IMG/VR virus record: IMGVR_UViG_3300045988_136606
Coordinates: 1 to 58,597 of that record
Length of the DNA: 58,597 nt
DNA from: a virus
Reading direction: 5' to 3' (one strand)
Shown here piece by piece: positions 47,651 to 57,533 of this stretch. Each line of letters starts with the position of its first letter. Position 1 is the stretch's first letter. The notes below the pieces were generated by a model. That model ran no database searches. It was given only the letters and a program-made list of their open reading frames with translations, and had not been told where the DNA came from. A program made the position numbers and the translations under genes.

Positions 47651-48289
47651 CAATGGGCAGTGGCAGATGGAGCTATATATCCTATGTTTAATCCGGAAAT
47701 ACACGCAGTTCAAATGAAAAGAAACTGGACAAGGATATTTATAGCTGGAGACTTTGGGATACAAAATGCCACTACTTTTGGCATATTTGGATATTACGCA
47801 CCTGAAAAGAGATATCATCAAATAGCATCCTATTATCATAATGGTAGAGAAGAAGGGCAAAAGACAGTAAAAGAGTATGTGTCAGATTTAAAGAATTTTA
47901 TACGAGAAAACATGGTTATGCCAGAATATATTGCTATTGACCCAAGTGCAGCACCACTAAGAGTAGAACTACTAAAAGATGAATATTTTAGTAGACATAA
48001 TATAAGAATTATAGCAGCTAAAAATAATGTAGAAATAGGAATACAAATGGTATCTTATTTACTTAATATAAATAAATTCACTTTAGATCCAAGCTGCATT
48101 CATGATATAGAAGAATTTGGTTCGTATGTATGGGATAGTGATAAATTAGATAAAGGAAAAGAAGAAGTTGTAAAAATAAATGACCATGCCATGGACAAGA
48201 TAAGATATGCACTAATGACAGATACAACTATACATAGAACATTTGATAGAGAGCTTAAACTATTTAGCGGTAAAGGAGCAAGAGAATAG
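47651..48289 (+). CDS. terL: Terminase large subunit, exon 2 (nuclease domain)
   Basis: QWAVADGAIYPMF...IAGDFG...NDHAMD. Same frame as tracked ORF 47648-48289. Confidence 0.85.
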   Translation, partial: QWAVADGAIYPMFNPEIHAVQMKRNWTRIFIAGDFGIQNATTFGIFGYYAPEKRYHQIASYYHNGREEGQKTVKEYVSDLKNFIRENMVMPEYIAIDPSAAPLRVELLKDEYFSRHNIRIIAAKNNVEIGIQMVSYLLNINKFTLDPSCIHDIEEFGSYVWDSDKLDKGKEEVVKINDHAMDKIRYALMTDTTIHRTFDRELKLFSGKGARE

Positions 48290-48300
48290 GAGGTGATAAA

Positions 48301-49857
48301 GTGGATATATATAACAAAATAGAAAAATCGTTACTAGGATTAAATAGTACTGATACCAAGTTTGCCAAAGAACTCCAGGAAGTAAAAAAATATTATGAAT
48401 TCTATGAAGGTAGACCAGAAACAATTGAAGATGACACAGAAGATGAAAGAGGGCAACTATGGAAAGTGAAAACTGACGATTATAAGCCTACTAGAGAAAT
48501 CAGAAATATAACCAAGAAATTAATGAAAAAGCAGAAAAGATTTATGACCGCAGTAAAACCAGATTTTATTATTAAATCGATCGATGGAGCAGATGTTGAA
48601 AGAGTTGACAATAAAAAAGCTATAATAAATAAAATATTAAATGAAGGTAAGTTCTGGAATAAATTTTCTAAAGCTTTTTTAGATTGCACAATTGGTAAAA
48701 GAGTAATGCTTTGCTTAATTACTGATATAGACGACCAAGGAAATGTTTTATCAGAAAAACCTATTAGGTTTAGATTTTATACAATGCCAGAGTTCACATA
48801 TGAATATGATCCAAATGATTGCGATAAATTGATAAAAGTACAAATAGCATACCAAGATGAAACAACTATAGGTAAACTACAGACTGAACAAAGATGGCAT
48901 AAATGGATATATGAAATGAGAGGCAATGAATGCTGGGCAACTTATCAAGTTGTTGACGGTATAAATACTCAGGCATATATAGAAACAGTAAATGAAAATG
49001 GTGAAAAAGAGAAAGAAGAGATTAAGCAGGATTGGAATACAGGATTAAATCAATTGCCATGTAAAATAATATTCAACGGTGGACTAACAGGAGATGTAAG
49101 AGGACATAGTGATATAAAGGATTTAATGGATATGGCCATGGATTATAATAGAACTATTTCCGATTATAGAGATGCATTAAAATTTAAAATGTTTGAACAA
49201 GATGTATTTGTAAATGCAGATCCTAATTCTATTGCTGGTATTAAAATAGCACCTGGTTCAATAATTGATTTAAAAGGAGACCAAAGCTTAACAATAGATG
49301 GGAATATTCCTACTCCTACATATGGCAAATTAACTTCTGCATTTAACTTTCAAACTGCAGCCGATAGTTATTTAACTGGGCTAAAAAAGGATATGTACGA
49401 GTTGATGGACCAACCTTTGCCAGAGTCATTAGTTAATGTAGCAAGCGGTAAAGCACTTAGAATGTTAAATGATGATTTAATAGGAAGATGTGAAGAAAAA
49501 TGGCAAGAATGGGATGATGCATTTAGATGGTTAATAGATATAATAATTGAAACTGTCAACAAAGGAAATCTTTATAGAGATGTTAAAGATATTGAAGATT
49601 TAAACCTAAATACATCATTAGAATTTTATCACAATTATCCAATACCTGATGATGAAACAGAAACAAAAGAATTAGCTATGAAAGAAGTTGAAGCTAATGT
49701 ACGTTCTCATCAATCATATATTAGAGACTTTGGAGAAGCACAAGAAGCAGATAAAGAATTTGAAGAAATCTTGAATGAACAAGATAAACTTAATATGACA
49801 CTTAATAGTTCTAGTGGATTAGATGATTTTAATGCTGGCGGTGAAGGCAATGAATAA
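48301..49857 (+). CDS. Portal protein
   Basis: 518 aa directly after terL. GTG start with RBS taggaggtg. Confidence 0.75.
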   Translation: MDIYNKIEKSLLGLNSTDTKFAKELQEVKKYYEFYEGRPETIEDDTEDERGQLWKVKTDDYKPTREIRNITKKLMKKQKRFMTAVKPDFIIKSIDGADVERVDNKKAIINKILNEGKFWNKFSKAFLDCTIGKRVMLCLITDIDDQGNVLSEKPIRFRFYTMPEFTYEYDPNDCDKLIKVQIAYQDETTIGKLQTEQRWHKWIYEMRGNECWATYQVVDGINTQAYIETVNENGEKEKEEIKQDWNTGLNQLPCKIIFNGGLTGDVRGHSDIKDLMDMAMDYNRTISDYRDALKFKMFEQDVFVNADPNSIAGIKIAPGSIIDLKGDQSLTIDGNIPTPTYGKLTSAFNFQTAADSYLTGLKKDMYELMDQPLPESLVNVASGKALRMLNDDLIGRCEEKWQEWDDAFRWLIDIIIETVNKGNLYRDVKDIEDLNLNTSLEFYHNYPIPDDETETKELAMKEVEANVRSHQSYIRDFGEAQEADKEFEEILNEQDKLNMTLNSSSGLDDFNAGGEGNE

Positions 49858-50140
49858 AGCAATTTGTGACAAATGCAATAGAAAATTCACAATAAAGCTT
49901 CACACAAAAGAAAAAGATAATATGCAAATAACTTATTTTAAATGTCCTGAATGTTATAAAGAATACATTGTGAATGTAACAGATGAAAAGCTTAGAGAAG
50001 GTATGCTTAAAGCTATAGAGCTAAGAAATAAGATGATTAGCGATGTAAACGATAAAGAAGCTATAAGAGATTATCATATTATAAAAACTAAGAATTGCAT
50101 AAGAGGTAAAAAACTTAAAGAAAAATATTTGGGTGGTTAA
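49850..50140 (+). CDS. Small zinc-ribbon protein
   Basis: CDKCNRKF...CPECYKEY. The ATG overlaps the portal stop. Confidence 0.5.
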   Translation: MNKAICDKCNRKFTIKLHTKEKDNMQITYFKCPECYKEYIVNVTDEKLREGMLKAIELRNKMISDVNDKEAIRDYHIIKTKNCIRGKKLKEKYLGG

Positions 50141-50141
50141 T

Positions 50142-51086
50142 ATGAATAGATATTTAAACGATTTAAATAATTACCTAAAAAGAAACAAATTAAAACTTAA
50201 TAAGCAAGAGCAACAAGCAATACTTAAAGCATATAATAAAGCTTTTGATAGTATGTTGAAGCAATATAAAGCTAATTCACATAAGAAAAATGCAACTCAA
50301 ATAGCAAGAACAGCATACTGCAAACAATTACATAATGAAATTCTAAAAATTATTAAAGAATACAATATGAAAGTTACTGATAATATTCTTAATGCACATG
50401 TTGATATTTTAACGAAAGATGTAGACTATTATAAAGACACAGACCTATACAAAGAAATCAAGAAAAATGTCAATATAGTTAATAGACAAGTAATAGAGCA
50501 AATGATTAAAGGGCAAATATATAAAGATGGCCAAGGACTTAGCAAAAGACTATGGAAAAGTGTTAGCAGAAGTGGTGATAAGATAGAAGAAGCTATTACA
50601 AGCATGATAGCTGAGGGAAAAGGAGCTACTGAAATAGCTAAAAATTTAACTCAATTTGCTAAACAAGGCCATAAGACTTGGGATAAAGCTAAGATAAAAG
50701 AAAAGTTAGGTAGTGCTTATGCTAATAGGTATGGAGCTGGTGGCATAGATTATGAAGCATTAAGACTTGCAAGAACTACACTTAATCATCAAGCACAATT
50801 AACTCAAAAGAATGCAAACAAAGTAAATCCATATGCCCGAAAGTTAAAATGGCATAGTGTCCATCAAGCGGGAAGAACTTGTCAACAATGTGAGGATAGA
50901 GATGGGAAAATATTTGATGTAGAAGATTGCCCTTTTGACCATCCTAATGGATTATGTCATCTTGAAAATATATTCTGTATAAATGGAAAAGAAGTATCTA
51001 ATATTCAAATGGCAGAAGACATAGGTAAATGGATTAGAGGAGAAGAAAACAGTGGAACTATGGATATATTGTATGAAGATTTATAG
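50142..51086 (+). CDS. Head morphogenesis protein (SPP1 gp7/Mu F-like)
   Basis: LKWHSVHQAGRTCQQCEDRDGKIFDVED pattern. Position after the portal gene. Confidence 0.7.
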   Translation: MNRYLNDLNNYLKRNKLKLNKQEQQAILKAYNKAFDSMLKQYKANSHKKNATQIARTAYCKQLHNEILKIIKEYNMKVTDNILNAHVDILTKDVDYYKDTDLYKEIKKNVNIVNRQVIEQMIKGQIYKDGQGLSKRLWKSVSRSGDKIEEAITSMIAEGKGATEIAKNLTQFAKQGHKTWDKAKIKEKLGSAYANRYGAGGIDYEALRLARTTLNHQAQLTQKNANKVNPYARKLKWHSVHQAGRTCQQCEDRDGKIFDVEDCPFDHPNGLCHLENIFCINGKEVSNIQMAEDIGKWIRGEENSGTMDILYEDL

Positions 51087-51095
51087 GGAGGAAAT

Positions 51096-51284
51096 ATGAT
51101 AGAGAAACCAACAAATACAATGACAATAAAAGTTAAAATGACTGAAATGGATGAAGTTAAAGATATAATAGCTTCATTTATTTTTATGCTAGAGGATACT
51201 AGAATAGATAGAAACATAAGGGAACAATATTTAGAAACCTGTAAGCCTTTAAAGGAAAATTTCTTTGTAAGAATTGATAAATAA
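51096..51284 (+). CDS. Hypothetical protein
   Basis: RBS agggagg. Confidence 0.4.
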   Translation: MIEKPTNTMTIKVKMTEMDEVKDIIASFIFMLEDTRIDRNIREQYLETCKPLKENFFVRIDK

Positions 51285-51293
51285 GGAAGAATT

Positions 51294-51575
51294 ATGGCAA
51301 GATACAAAACAAAACCTTGTGAAATAGAAGCTATTCAATTTACAAACGCATCAATAGATGAAGTTATTGAATTTACAGAAGGAAAAGCACAATTATGTCA
51401 TGACTTGGTGTATAGGATAAACAGACCTCAATCTGATGGAAACTATTTATTAATAGAAACTCTAGAAGGACTTATGAAAGCGACTCAAGGTGATTATATT
51501 ATTAGAGGATTAAGAGGAGAATATTATCCATGTAAACCTGATGTATTTGAAAAGAAATATGAGGAGATTAAATAA
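51294..51575 (+). CDS. Hypothetical protein
   Basis: RBS aaggaag. Confidence 0.45.
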   Translation: MARYKTKPCEIEAIQFTNASIDEVIEFTEGKAQLCHDLVYRINRPQSDGNYLLIETLEGLMKATQGDYIIRGLRGEYYPCKPDVFEKKYEEIK

Positions 51576-51576
51576 T

Positions 51577-51840
51577 ATGAATGAACAACAATTTTTAGAC
51601 TGGTGTAAATATGAAGTAGTAAAATATACAAATAGTCATCTAGATAAATCAGATAAAAAGGAAATAACAAAAGATGATGTATTTATGGTTTGGTGTTGTA
51701 AAACACTTCAAAATAATAAAGCATTATTAAGTACTACTTTATTTGATGGGATGTATTATGAATGTACATATAATGGAGACAAAGAAGAAATGTACTTTGA
51801 TGCTTACAAGAAATGGGAAAATAAAAAGATAGTGAGATAA
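51577..51840 (+). CDS. Hypothetical protein
   Basis: RBS gaggag. Internal start of tracked ORF 51541. Confidence 0.45.
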   Translation: MNEQQFLDWCKYEVVKYTNSHLDKSDKKEITKDDVFMVWCCKTLQNNKALLSTTLFDGMYYECTYNGDKEEMYFDAYKKWENKKIVR

Positions 51841-51849
51841 GGAGGAAAT

Positions 51850-52035
51850 ATGAATAAAGAAGTACAAGAGCTCCTAAAAGCAGCTAAACAATTTAGAGAG
51901 ATAGCTGACTTATATGAGGAAATGGCAAATTTATATATTGCAGAAGATACTAAAGAAAATAATGAAAAAATAACCATGTTGGTTGGAAAATTAATGATAG
52001 CCTTATCTGATATTGAAAAATTAAAGTCCTTATAG
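51850..52035 (+). CDS. Hypothetical protein
   Basis: RBS aaggagg. Confidence 0.45.
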   Translation: MNKEVQELLKAAKQFREIADLYEEMANLYIAEDTKENNEKITMLVGKLMIALSDIEKLKSL

Positions 52036-52197
52036 GGCTTATTTTTATTGCCTTTTTCATTATTTGTAGGCGTAAAAGAACAAATAACCTATTAAGTTCC
52101 TGGTTACTTCATAACCTTGTATGATAAAAATACTTTTTCTATGTTTTAGTAAAAACATTGATATATCATCCACCAGGATGTAAAAGGAGGATTTAAT

Positions 52198-52872
52198 ATG
52201 GCAAAACAATTAAAAGATTTCTTAGCAGGATTAGATAATGCTACTGAAATAGAGAATAAAATAAATGATGCTTTAAAAGAAGCTGGATGTAAAATTTTCG
52301 TTGATGATGGTAAAGAAAATATATATGTACCTAAAACTAGATTAGATTCTAAGATATCGGAGCTTAAAAACTCCAATGATAAAATAAAAGAACTAAATAC
52401 ACAAATAGGGACACTTAAAGATGAATTAAAAGGTACAGAAGGAGCTTCTGAAAAGATAAAAGTCTTAGAAGATTCAATAGCAAATTATGATAAGACTGTT
52501 AAGGAAATGCAATTAAATAATGCCGTAAAAGATATGGCCTTAGAATTTAAAGCTAAGGACAATACAGGTAAAGATATACTAGCTTTTTTAGATAAAAGTA
52601 AAATAACTGTAGGTACCAACGGTGAAGTTACTGGAATTAAAGAGCAAGTAGAAAGCCTTAAAAAAGAAAAATCTTATTTATTTGAAATTGAAGAACAACA
52701 AAATAAAGGTGGATTTAATTTTTTTGGAACTGGATCACCAGGAAAACCAAGTAATTTAAATCTATTTGGTTCTAAGACAACAAATGAAGGAGATTTTGGA
52801 AAAATGCTATCGAAACAAAACAAACCAAATTCAGATGAACAAATAGATAGCGATTATTACTTTAAAAAATAG
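52198..52872 (+). CDS. Scaffolding protein
   Basis: Coiled-coil, acidic, 224 aa. Upstream of the capsid genes. RBS aaaaggagg. Confidence 0.7.
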   Translation: MAKQLKDFLAGLDNATEIENKINDALKEAGCKIFVDDGKENIYVPKTRLDSKISELKNSNDKIKELNTQIGTLKDELKGTEGASEKIKVLEDSIANYDKTVKEMQLNNAVKDMALEFKAKDNTGKDILAFLDKSKITVGTNGEVTGIKEQVESLKKEKSYLFEIEEQQNKGGFNFFGTGSPGKPSNLNLFGSKTTNEGDFGKMLSKQNKPNSDEQIDSDYYFKK

Positions 52873-52884
52873 GAGGAAAATAAC

Positions 52885-53274
52885 ATGCCAAAATTAAATA
52901 CTACAAAAATATTAGCACCTGAAAAAACTTTTTTAGCATTTCCTGACCATTATGTTAATGTAACTGCTAAAATAGAATATTCAGTATTAAAAACATTTAC
53001 TACTACTGACCCAGCAGGAAATAAAGCATTATTAGCTGGACAAGTGGTAGCACTTGCAGATGATGGAACTGTTACTAAATCCGCTGCTGCAGCAAGCTCA
53101 ACTAAAGCTACAGGAAACGCAATAGTATTCAATACAGTAAGATTAGATGATTATACTGAAAATACTGATGACTATGTAAATGTAACAGTACTTGTTCATG
53201 GATTCGTTAGAAAAGATAGACTAAAAGATGCAGCTAACTTAGATGCACCATTAATTCATGTAATAGCACAATAA
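52885..53274 (+). CDS. Head decoration-like protein (DUF2190-like)
   Basis: Position between the scaffold and major capsid genes. ...LLAGQVVALADDGTV... pattern. Confidence 0.5.
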   Translation: MPKLNTTKILAPEKTFLAFPDHYVNVTAKIEYSVLKTFTTTDPAGNKALLAGQVVALADDGTVTKSAAAASSTKATGNAIVFNTVRLDDYTENTDDYVNVTVLVHGFVRKDRLKDAANLDAPLIHVIAQ

Positions 53275-53293
53275 TTCAAAGGAGGCAAAGAAT

Positions 53294-54400
53294 ATGAATA
53301 TTAATTTATTTGATTTTATAAACGCAAAAGAAATAGCCGCTTTTGTAACTGAAAAACCAGAAAATAAAATACCATACTTTGGTGAAACTTTATTCCCGGC
53401 GCAAAAGCAATTAGGAACAGATATAAGTTGGTTAAAAGGGGCAAATGGATTGCCAGTAGCAATACAACCTTCTAACTATGATGCAAAAGCAAGAATGAGA
53501 GAAAAAGAAGGATTTGACAGAGTTGCCACTGAAATGGCATTCTTTAGAGAAGCAATGAGAATTGGTGAAAAAGATAGACAACAAATAAATCTTTTATTAA
53601 ATAATCCACAATCTCAATTGGCTTTACCTCTTATAAGAAATATTTTCAATGAAACAGCTAGATTAGTTGAAGGAGTTAGAGCTCGAGCTGAAATAATGAG
53701 AATGCAATTATTAACATCCGGTAAAATAGATGTTACTTCTGCTGACGGTAGAGCAAAATATATATATGATTATGGCCAAGCTAATAGTTTTAAGCCAAGA
53801 CAAGGAACTGCTGGATGGGGAAATGATACAGCTGATCCAGTTAAGGATATAATAGCTTGGTGCGATTATATGGAAACTAAAACAGGTACTAGACCAACTA
53901 GACTTGTAATGAACAGAAATACTTTCTTAAAATTATATGGAAGTAAAAAAATTCATTTAATGATGTATCCAAACGATAACAATACTAATTATTTTGTATC
54001 TGAAGCTCAATTGAAAGCATTCGTAGAAGATGTGACTGGATGCTCTATATTTATATATTCTAAAAAAGTTGCAAATTTAGACAACTCAACAGGATTAGCA
54101 TCTACTTCTCCAGTATCATTAATACCAGATAATAAAGTTGCAATAATGCCATCTGGTCCTTTAGGCTCAACTTGGTATGGAACAACTCCTGAAGAGTCAG
54201 ACCTTATGACAGGCTCAGATGCTCAAGTATCAATAGTAAACACAGGAACTGCAATAACTACTTATAAAGAAAAACACCCTGTGAATGTAGTTACAATTGT
54301 ATCTTCTGTGATGATACCTTCATTTGAAACAATTGATTATTGTGCAGTTGCAGATATAAGTGCAGCCAAAACAGGTGGCAGTACAGGAGATATAATATAA
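53294..54400 (+). CDS. Major capsid protein (capsid protein E-like)
   Basis: 368 aa. FGETLFPAQKQLGTDISWLKGANGLPVAIQPSNYDAKA. Strong RBS. Confidence 0.8.
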   Translation: MNINLFDFINAKEIAAFVTEKPENKIPYFGETLFPAQKQLGTDISWLKGANGLPVAIQPSNYDAKARMREKEGFDRVATEMAFFREAMRIGEKDRQQINLLLNNPQSQLALPLIRNIFNETARLVEGVRARAEIMRMQLLTSGKIDVTSADGRAKYIYDYGQANSFKPRQGTAGWGNDTADPVKDIIAWCDYMETKTGTRPTRLVMNRNTFLKLYGSKKIHLMMYPNDNNTNYFVSEAQLKAFVEDVTGCSIFIYSKKVANLDNSTGLASTSPVSLIPDNKVAIMPSGPLGSTWYGTTPEESDLMTGSDAQVSIVNTGTAITTYKEKHPVNVVTIVSSVMIPSFETIDYCAVADISAAKTGGSTGDII

Positions 54401-54486
54401 TTTAGCTCATTTATATTCCTTTTATATAACCTCTAGGTTTAGAGACTTCTATTCCTAGGGGTATTTTAACGTAAGGAGGAATTTTA

Positions 54487-54792
54487 ATGTTAAATGTAGA
54501 ACAAGCGAAAATATTTTTACAAGAAGAAAATTATCCGTATTTCTCAGATGATCAATTAGAAGCTATGTGCAATTTATATGATGATATGAATGAATTATGC
54601 TATGTTGCTTGCATGATGAAAGCAGATGCTCAAGATATTACAGTTGGACCAATCAGCATAAAAAATAATTCTCAAATGTGGCAAAATTTAGCTCAAATGT
54701 TTTATAAAAAATGGATGGCAAATCCCAGTGGCGCTTCAACTATATCTAAATCTTTAACAGGGAAGTGTGTAGGTAGAGCAGATGAATATTAA
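54487..54792 (+). CDS. Head-tail connector protein
   Basis: Size and synteny. Confidence 0.5.
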   Translation: MLNVEQAKIFLQEENYPYFSDDQLEAMCNLYDDMNELCYVACMMKADAQDITVGPISIKNNSQMWQNLAQMFYKKWMANPSGASTISKSLTGKCVGRADEY

Positions 54793-55168
54793 TGCTATAA
54801 AATCAAAAGTCGATGCAGTTATCAATCAATATGGCACAGAGATAAAAGTATACAGGGATATTTATAGCGAGGACGAATACGGATGTAAAAATTTAAATGA
54901 GAATATGGCATATATAGGTACAATAAAAGGAATTATAGACAATGCTAGTAGCTCACGTTTACCAACCAAAACTAACGAGAGACAAGGAATTGTAGAGTTA
55001 GATGCCTCAGCAACTTTATACATGCCTTACGAGAAAGATATTCTTATACAAGAAGATGATTATCTTGAAATTGATGGGATTTATTATAGAGTTGGGATTT
55101 TCTTAGACATAGTACACTACAATTTATTATATGAAATACCGATTGAAAGGATTGAGTTAAATGAGTGA
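54782..55168 (+). CDS. Head closure or head-tail adaptor protein
   Basis: Size and synteny. Confidence 0.45.
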   Translation: MNINAIKSKVDAVINQYGTEIKVYRDIYSEDEYGCKNLNENMAYIGTIKGIIDNASSSRLPTKTNERQGIVELDASATLYMPYEKDILIQEDDYLEIDGIYYRVGIFLDIVHYNLLYEIPIERIELNE

Positions 55169-55511
55169 TATTACTATAGATGCTAGTGAAGTAATAAACA
55201 ACCTAAGAAATATGGACCAAAGAACTAAGGCAGGAATAACTACCATAGGCAATACCGTAGCTTCTCAAATGAAAGAATATGCTCAATCTAATCATAAATG
55301 GATTGATAGAACTGGTAGCGCAACAGCCGGGATTACTGCAGACGCTAAATGGGAAGGAACAACACTTGATATATCTATTACTCATGGTGTTGACTATGGT
55401 ATATGGCTTGAGACTAGAAGAGCTTTTGAAGGTAAATACAAAATATTAGAAGAAGCTAGAGATAGCCAAATTGAAACATTTAAAAGTATGTTATTAGCAC
55501 TGAGATTATAG
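55161..55511 (+). CDS. HK97 gp10-like tail-component protein
   Basis: ...ISITHGVDYGIWLETRR... pattern, plus synteny. Confidence 0.55.
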   Translation: MSDITIDASEVINNLRNMDQRTKAGITTIGNTVASQMKEYAQSNHKWIDRTGSATAGITADAKWEGTTLDISITHGVDYGIWLETRRAFEGKYKILEEARDSQIETFKSMLLALRL

Positions 55512-55518
55512 GCGGTGA

Positions 55519-55866
55519 ATGTATGTGAACCGTATTAAAATATATGAAATGCTAAGTGAAATATGTAAAGTCGATATAACACAACAAGTTAAAAGCAAAA
55601 TATCAGAAGATACTTTAGTATTAAAACAAAATAGTGTGTTAACTAGCATGAATAATGATTTGGCCGGATGGGACATATGGATTATATATATTTATTGTCC
55701 TAATAGTCCAATTAAGTTAGATGAATTAAGAAAAAAAGTTATAAGAATGTTAACTGAAAATGACATTGAAGTAATACATGAATTAAAGCAAGAGTACTGG
55801 GATGAAAATTTGCATTGCTACATATCAACGGTATCATGCAAAACACCGAGTACTTATGTTTATTAA
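55519..55866 (+). CDS. Tail completion protein (the start could instead be the GTG at 55525)
   Basis: Synteny. Confidence 0.45.
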   Translation: MYVNRIKIYEMLSEICKVDITQQVKSKISEDTLVLKQNSVLTSMNNDLAGWDIWIIYIYCPNSPIKLDELRKKVIRMLTENDIEVIHELKQEYWDENLHCYISTVSCKTPSTYVY

Positions 55867-55882
55867 AGGAGGATTGAAACGA

Positions 55883-56449
55883 ATGGCAATATTATACAAT
55901 ATCAAGAAAGTTGTACTGACTGAACTTGATGAGTCAACTGGAGCTGCTAAAAGTAGTGGGATAGTAACTCACATTAAAACTGCACAAAAAGCAGAACTAG
56001 AAGCTGTGTTAAGCGAAGGCGATGAAGATATATTAAGAAGTCCAGAACAAATACTCGCAGTTGTAAGAACTAATGATTTAATCTACGGATATGATATGAC
56101 TTTAACTGATAATACTTTTGACGCCAAAGCAGCTGAATTAGTTGCAGGTTATAAAGTTACTGGTTCTGGCAAGGAAGAAAAATGGTCTACTCCAATGATG
56201 ACAGAAGGATTTACAGGGAAACCATTTAAATGCGATATATATGTTGCAAACTATTCAGGAGACTCCATAGTAAATTATGTAAAAATTACTCTTAATAAAT
56301 GCTATGGAAAATTCCCAGATATGGAAGTTGGCGACGGATATTACGCACCTGAATTTAAGATAAAAGCAAGAGAAAATACAAAAGCTAGTCTTCCAATAAA
56401 AGAAATAACTTTCGTTGATGAAGTGCCAGCTGACCCAGAAGCATCTTAG
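55883..56449 (+). CDS. Major tail protein
   Basis: RBS aaaggagg. 188 aa. Sits upstream of the chaperone pair and the TMP gene. No sheath gene is present, which indicates a siphovirus-type tail. Confidence 0.7.
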   Translation: MAILYNIKKVVLTELDESTGAAKSSGIVTHIKTAQKAELEAVLSEGDEDILRSPEQILAVVRTNDLIYGYDMTLTDNTFDAKAAELVAGYKVTGSGKEEKWSTPMMTEGFTGKPFKCDIYVANYSGDSIVNYVKITLNKCYGKFPDMEVGDGYYAPEFKIKARENTKASLPIKEITFVDEVPADPEAS

Positions 56450-56472
56450 AAAAACTGTTAGGAGGAATATAA

Positions 56473-56871
56473 ATGAGTGTTATAAGTGCTGAAGCTTTTA
56501 AAAATAAAGCCACAAGAATTATAAAAATAGATGGATTTGAACCAAACGAAAAAATCGAAGTAAGAATAAAACCTGCGAGTATGTTAGGAATGATAGCAGC
56601 GGGAAAACTTCCTAATAATCTATTACAAACAGTAGATGATTTATTTATTAGTAAAGGTAATAAAAAATCAAAAGGAAAAGTTGATACATCTGATATGAAT
56701 CCAGATGAACTTAAAATGGTAATGGAAATGATAGATACTATCTGTAGAGATTGCATGGTAGAACCATTATTTGATGATATAAAAATGTTTATGACTGATA
56801 CTCAAAAGATGCAAATAATGAGTGAATCAACGGGAACTGTTAATGCAGTTATACCCTTTATTCAAAAGTAG
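56473..56871 (+). CDS. Tail assembly chaperone (gpG-like)
   Basis: Position between the major tail protein and TMP genes. RBS taggagg. Confidence 0.65.
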   Translation: MSVISAEAFKNKATRIIKIDGFEPNEKIEVRIKPASMLGMIAAGKLPNNLLQTVDDLFISKGNKKSKGKVDTSDMNPDELKMVMEMIDTICRDCMVEPLFDDIKMFMTDTQKMQIMSESTGTVNAVIPFIQK

Positions 56872-57103
56872 GAAAATAATAAATGTTATTAGTACTGCTA
56901 AAACTTTCGGATGTCGCCCTAGTGATATACTAGGCATAGAAGACGATGACATATATGCACGATACTGTATAGATGAAGCATGTACATATCTTTATAATAG
57001 AATGCAACCAAATAAGGATGGAAAGAGTGAAAAGCCTACGTTTATAGAAGATATACAAGAAAGCAAGCATCATAATCCAGGATTAGATTTATTAATGAAT
57101 TAG
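56822..57103 (+). CDS. Tail assembly chaperone extension (gpT-like), overlapping in the +1 frame
   Basis: Overlaps the gpG-like ORF by 50 nt with no convincing RBS of its own. Candidate shift sites are CCC_U (56854-56857) and C_AAA_AG (56863-56868). Confidence 0.45.
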   Translation: MNQRELLMQLYPLFKSRKIINVISTAKTFGCRPSDILGIEDDDIYARYCIDEACTYLYNRMQPNKDGKSEKPTFIEDIQESKHHNPGLDLLMN

Positions 57104-57104
57104 T

Positions 57105-57140
57105 AACTGTAAGATTATAAAAGTCTTACAGTTTTTTATT
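57105..57140 (+). terminator. Strong intrinsic terminator-like hairpin between the chaperone and TMP genes
   Basis: AACTGTAAGA-N9-TCTTACAGTT followed by TTTTTATT. Confidence 0.6.
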
Positions 57141-57160
57141 ACATAAAAGGAGGTGAGGCT

Positions 57161-57533
57161 ATGGCAGGAGTAGATTTAGGTAGTATAGTTGCACATTTAA
57201 AACTAGAGATGAATGATTTTAATAGCAAGCTAAATGAAGCGGTTGCAAAAGTTAAAGATACACAGACACAATTTGAAGGATTGAGTTCTTTTGGTAAATC
57301 ACTATCAACTGTAGGTGCAGGGCTTACTGCCAGTATAACAGCGCCGGTAATGGCATTAGGTGCTAGCGTAGTAAAAACACAAATGCAATTCGAACAAGCT
57401 ATGTCAAAAGTTCAAGCATTATCTGGTGCTACTGGTAGTGATTTACAATTATTAGAAGATACTGCTAAGCAGTTAGGTGAGAGCACCGTTTATAGTGCAA
57501 GTGAAGCAGCAGATGCTTTAGGTTATATGGCGT
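57161..57533 (+). CDS. Tape measure protein, exon 1
   Basis: RBS aaaaggaggtgagg. Ends ...EAADALGYMA(L). The codon TTA is split t|ta across the intron. Confidence 0.8.

Noticed and set aside
47636-47860. Minus-strand ORF overlapping the terL intron/exon-2 boundary, and ATG 47648 as an independent start for a 'second terminase protein'
   Set aside because: The ATG is the last three bases of the intron (…AAATG|CAA). There is no RBS. The exon-1/exon-2 junction restores a canonical single TerL, so splicing is the simpler explanation.
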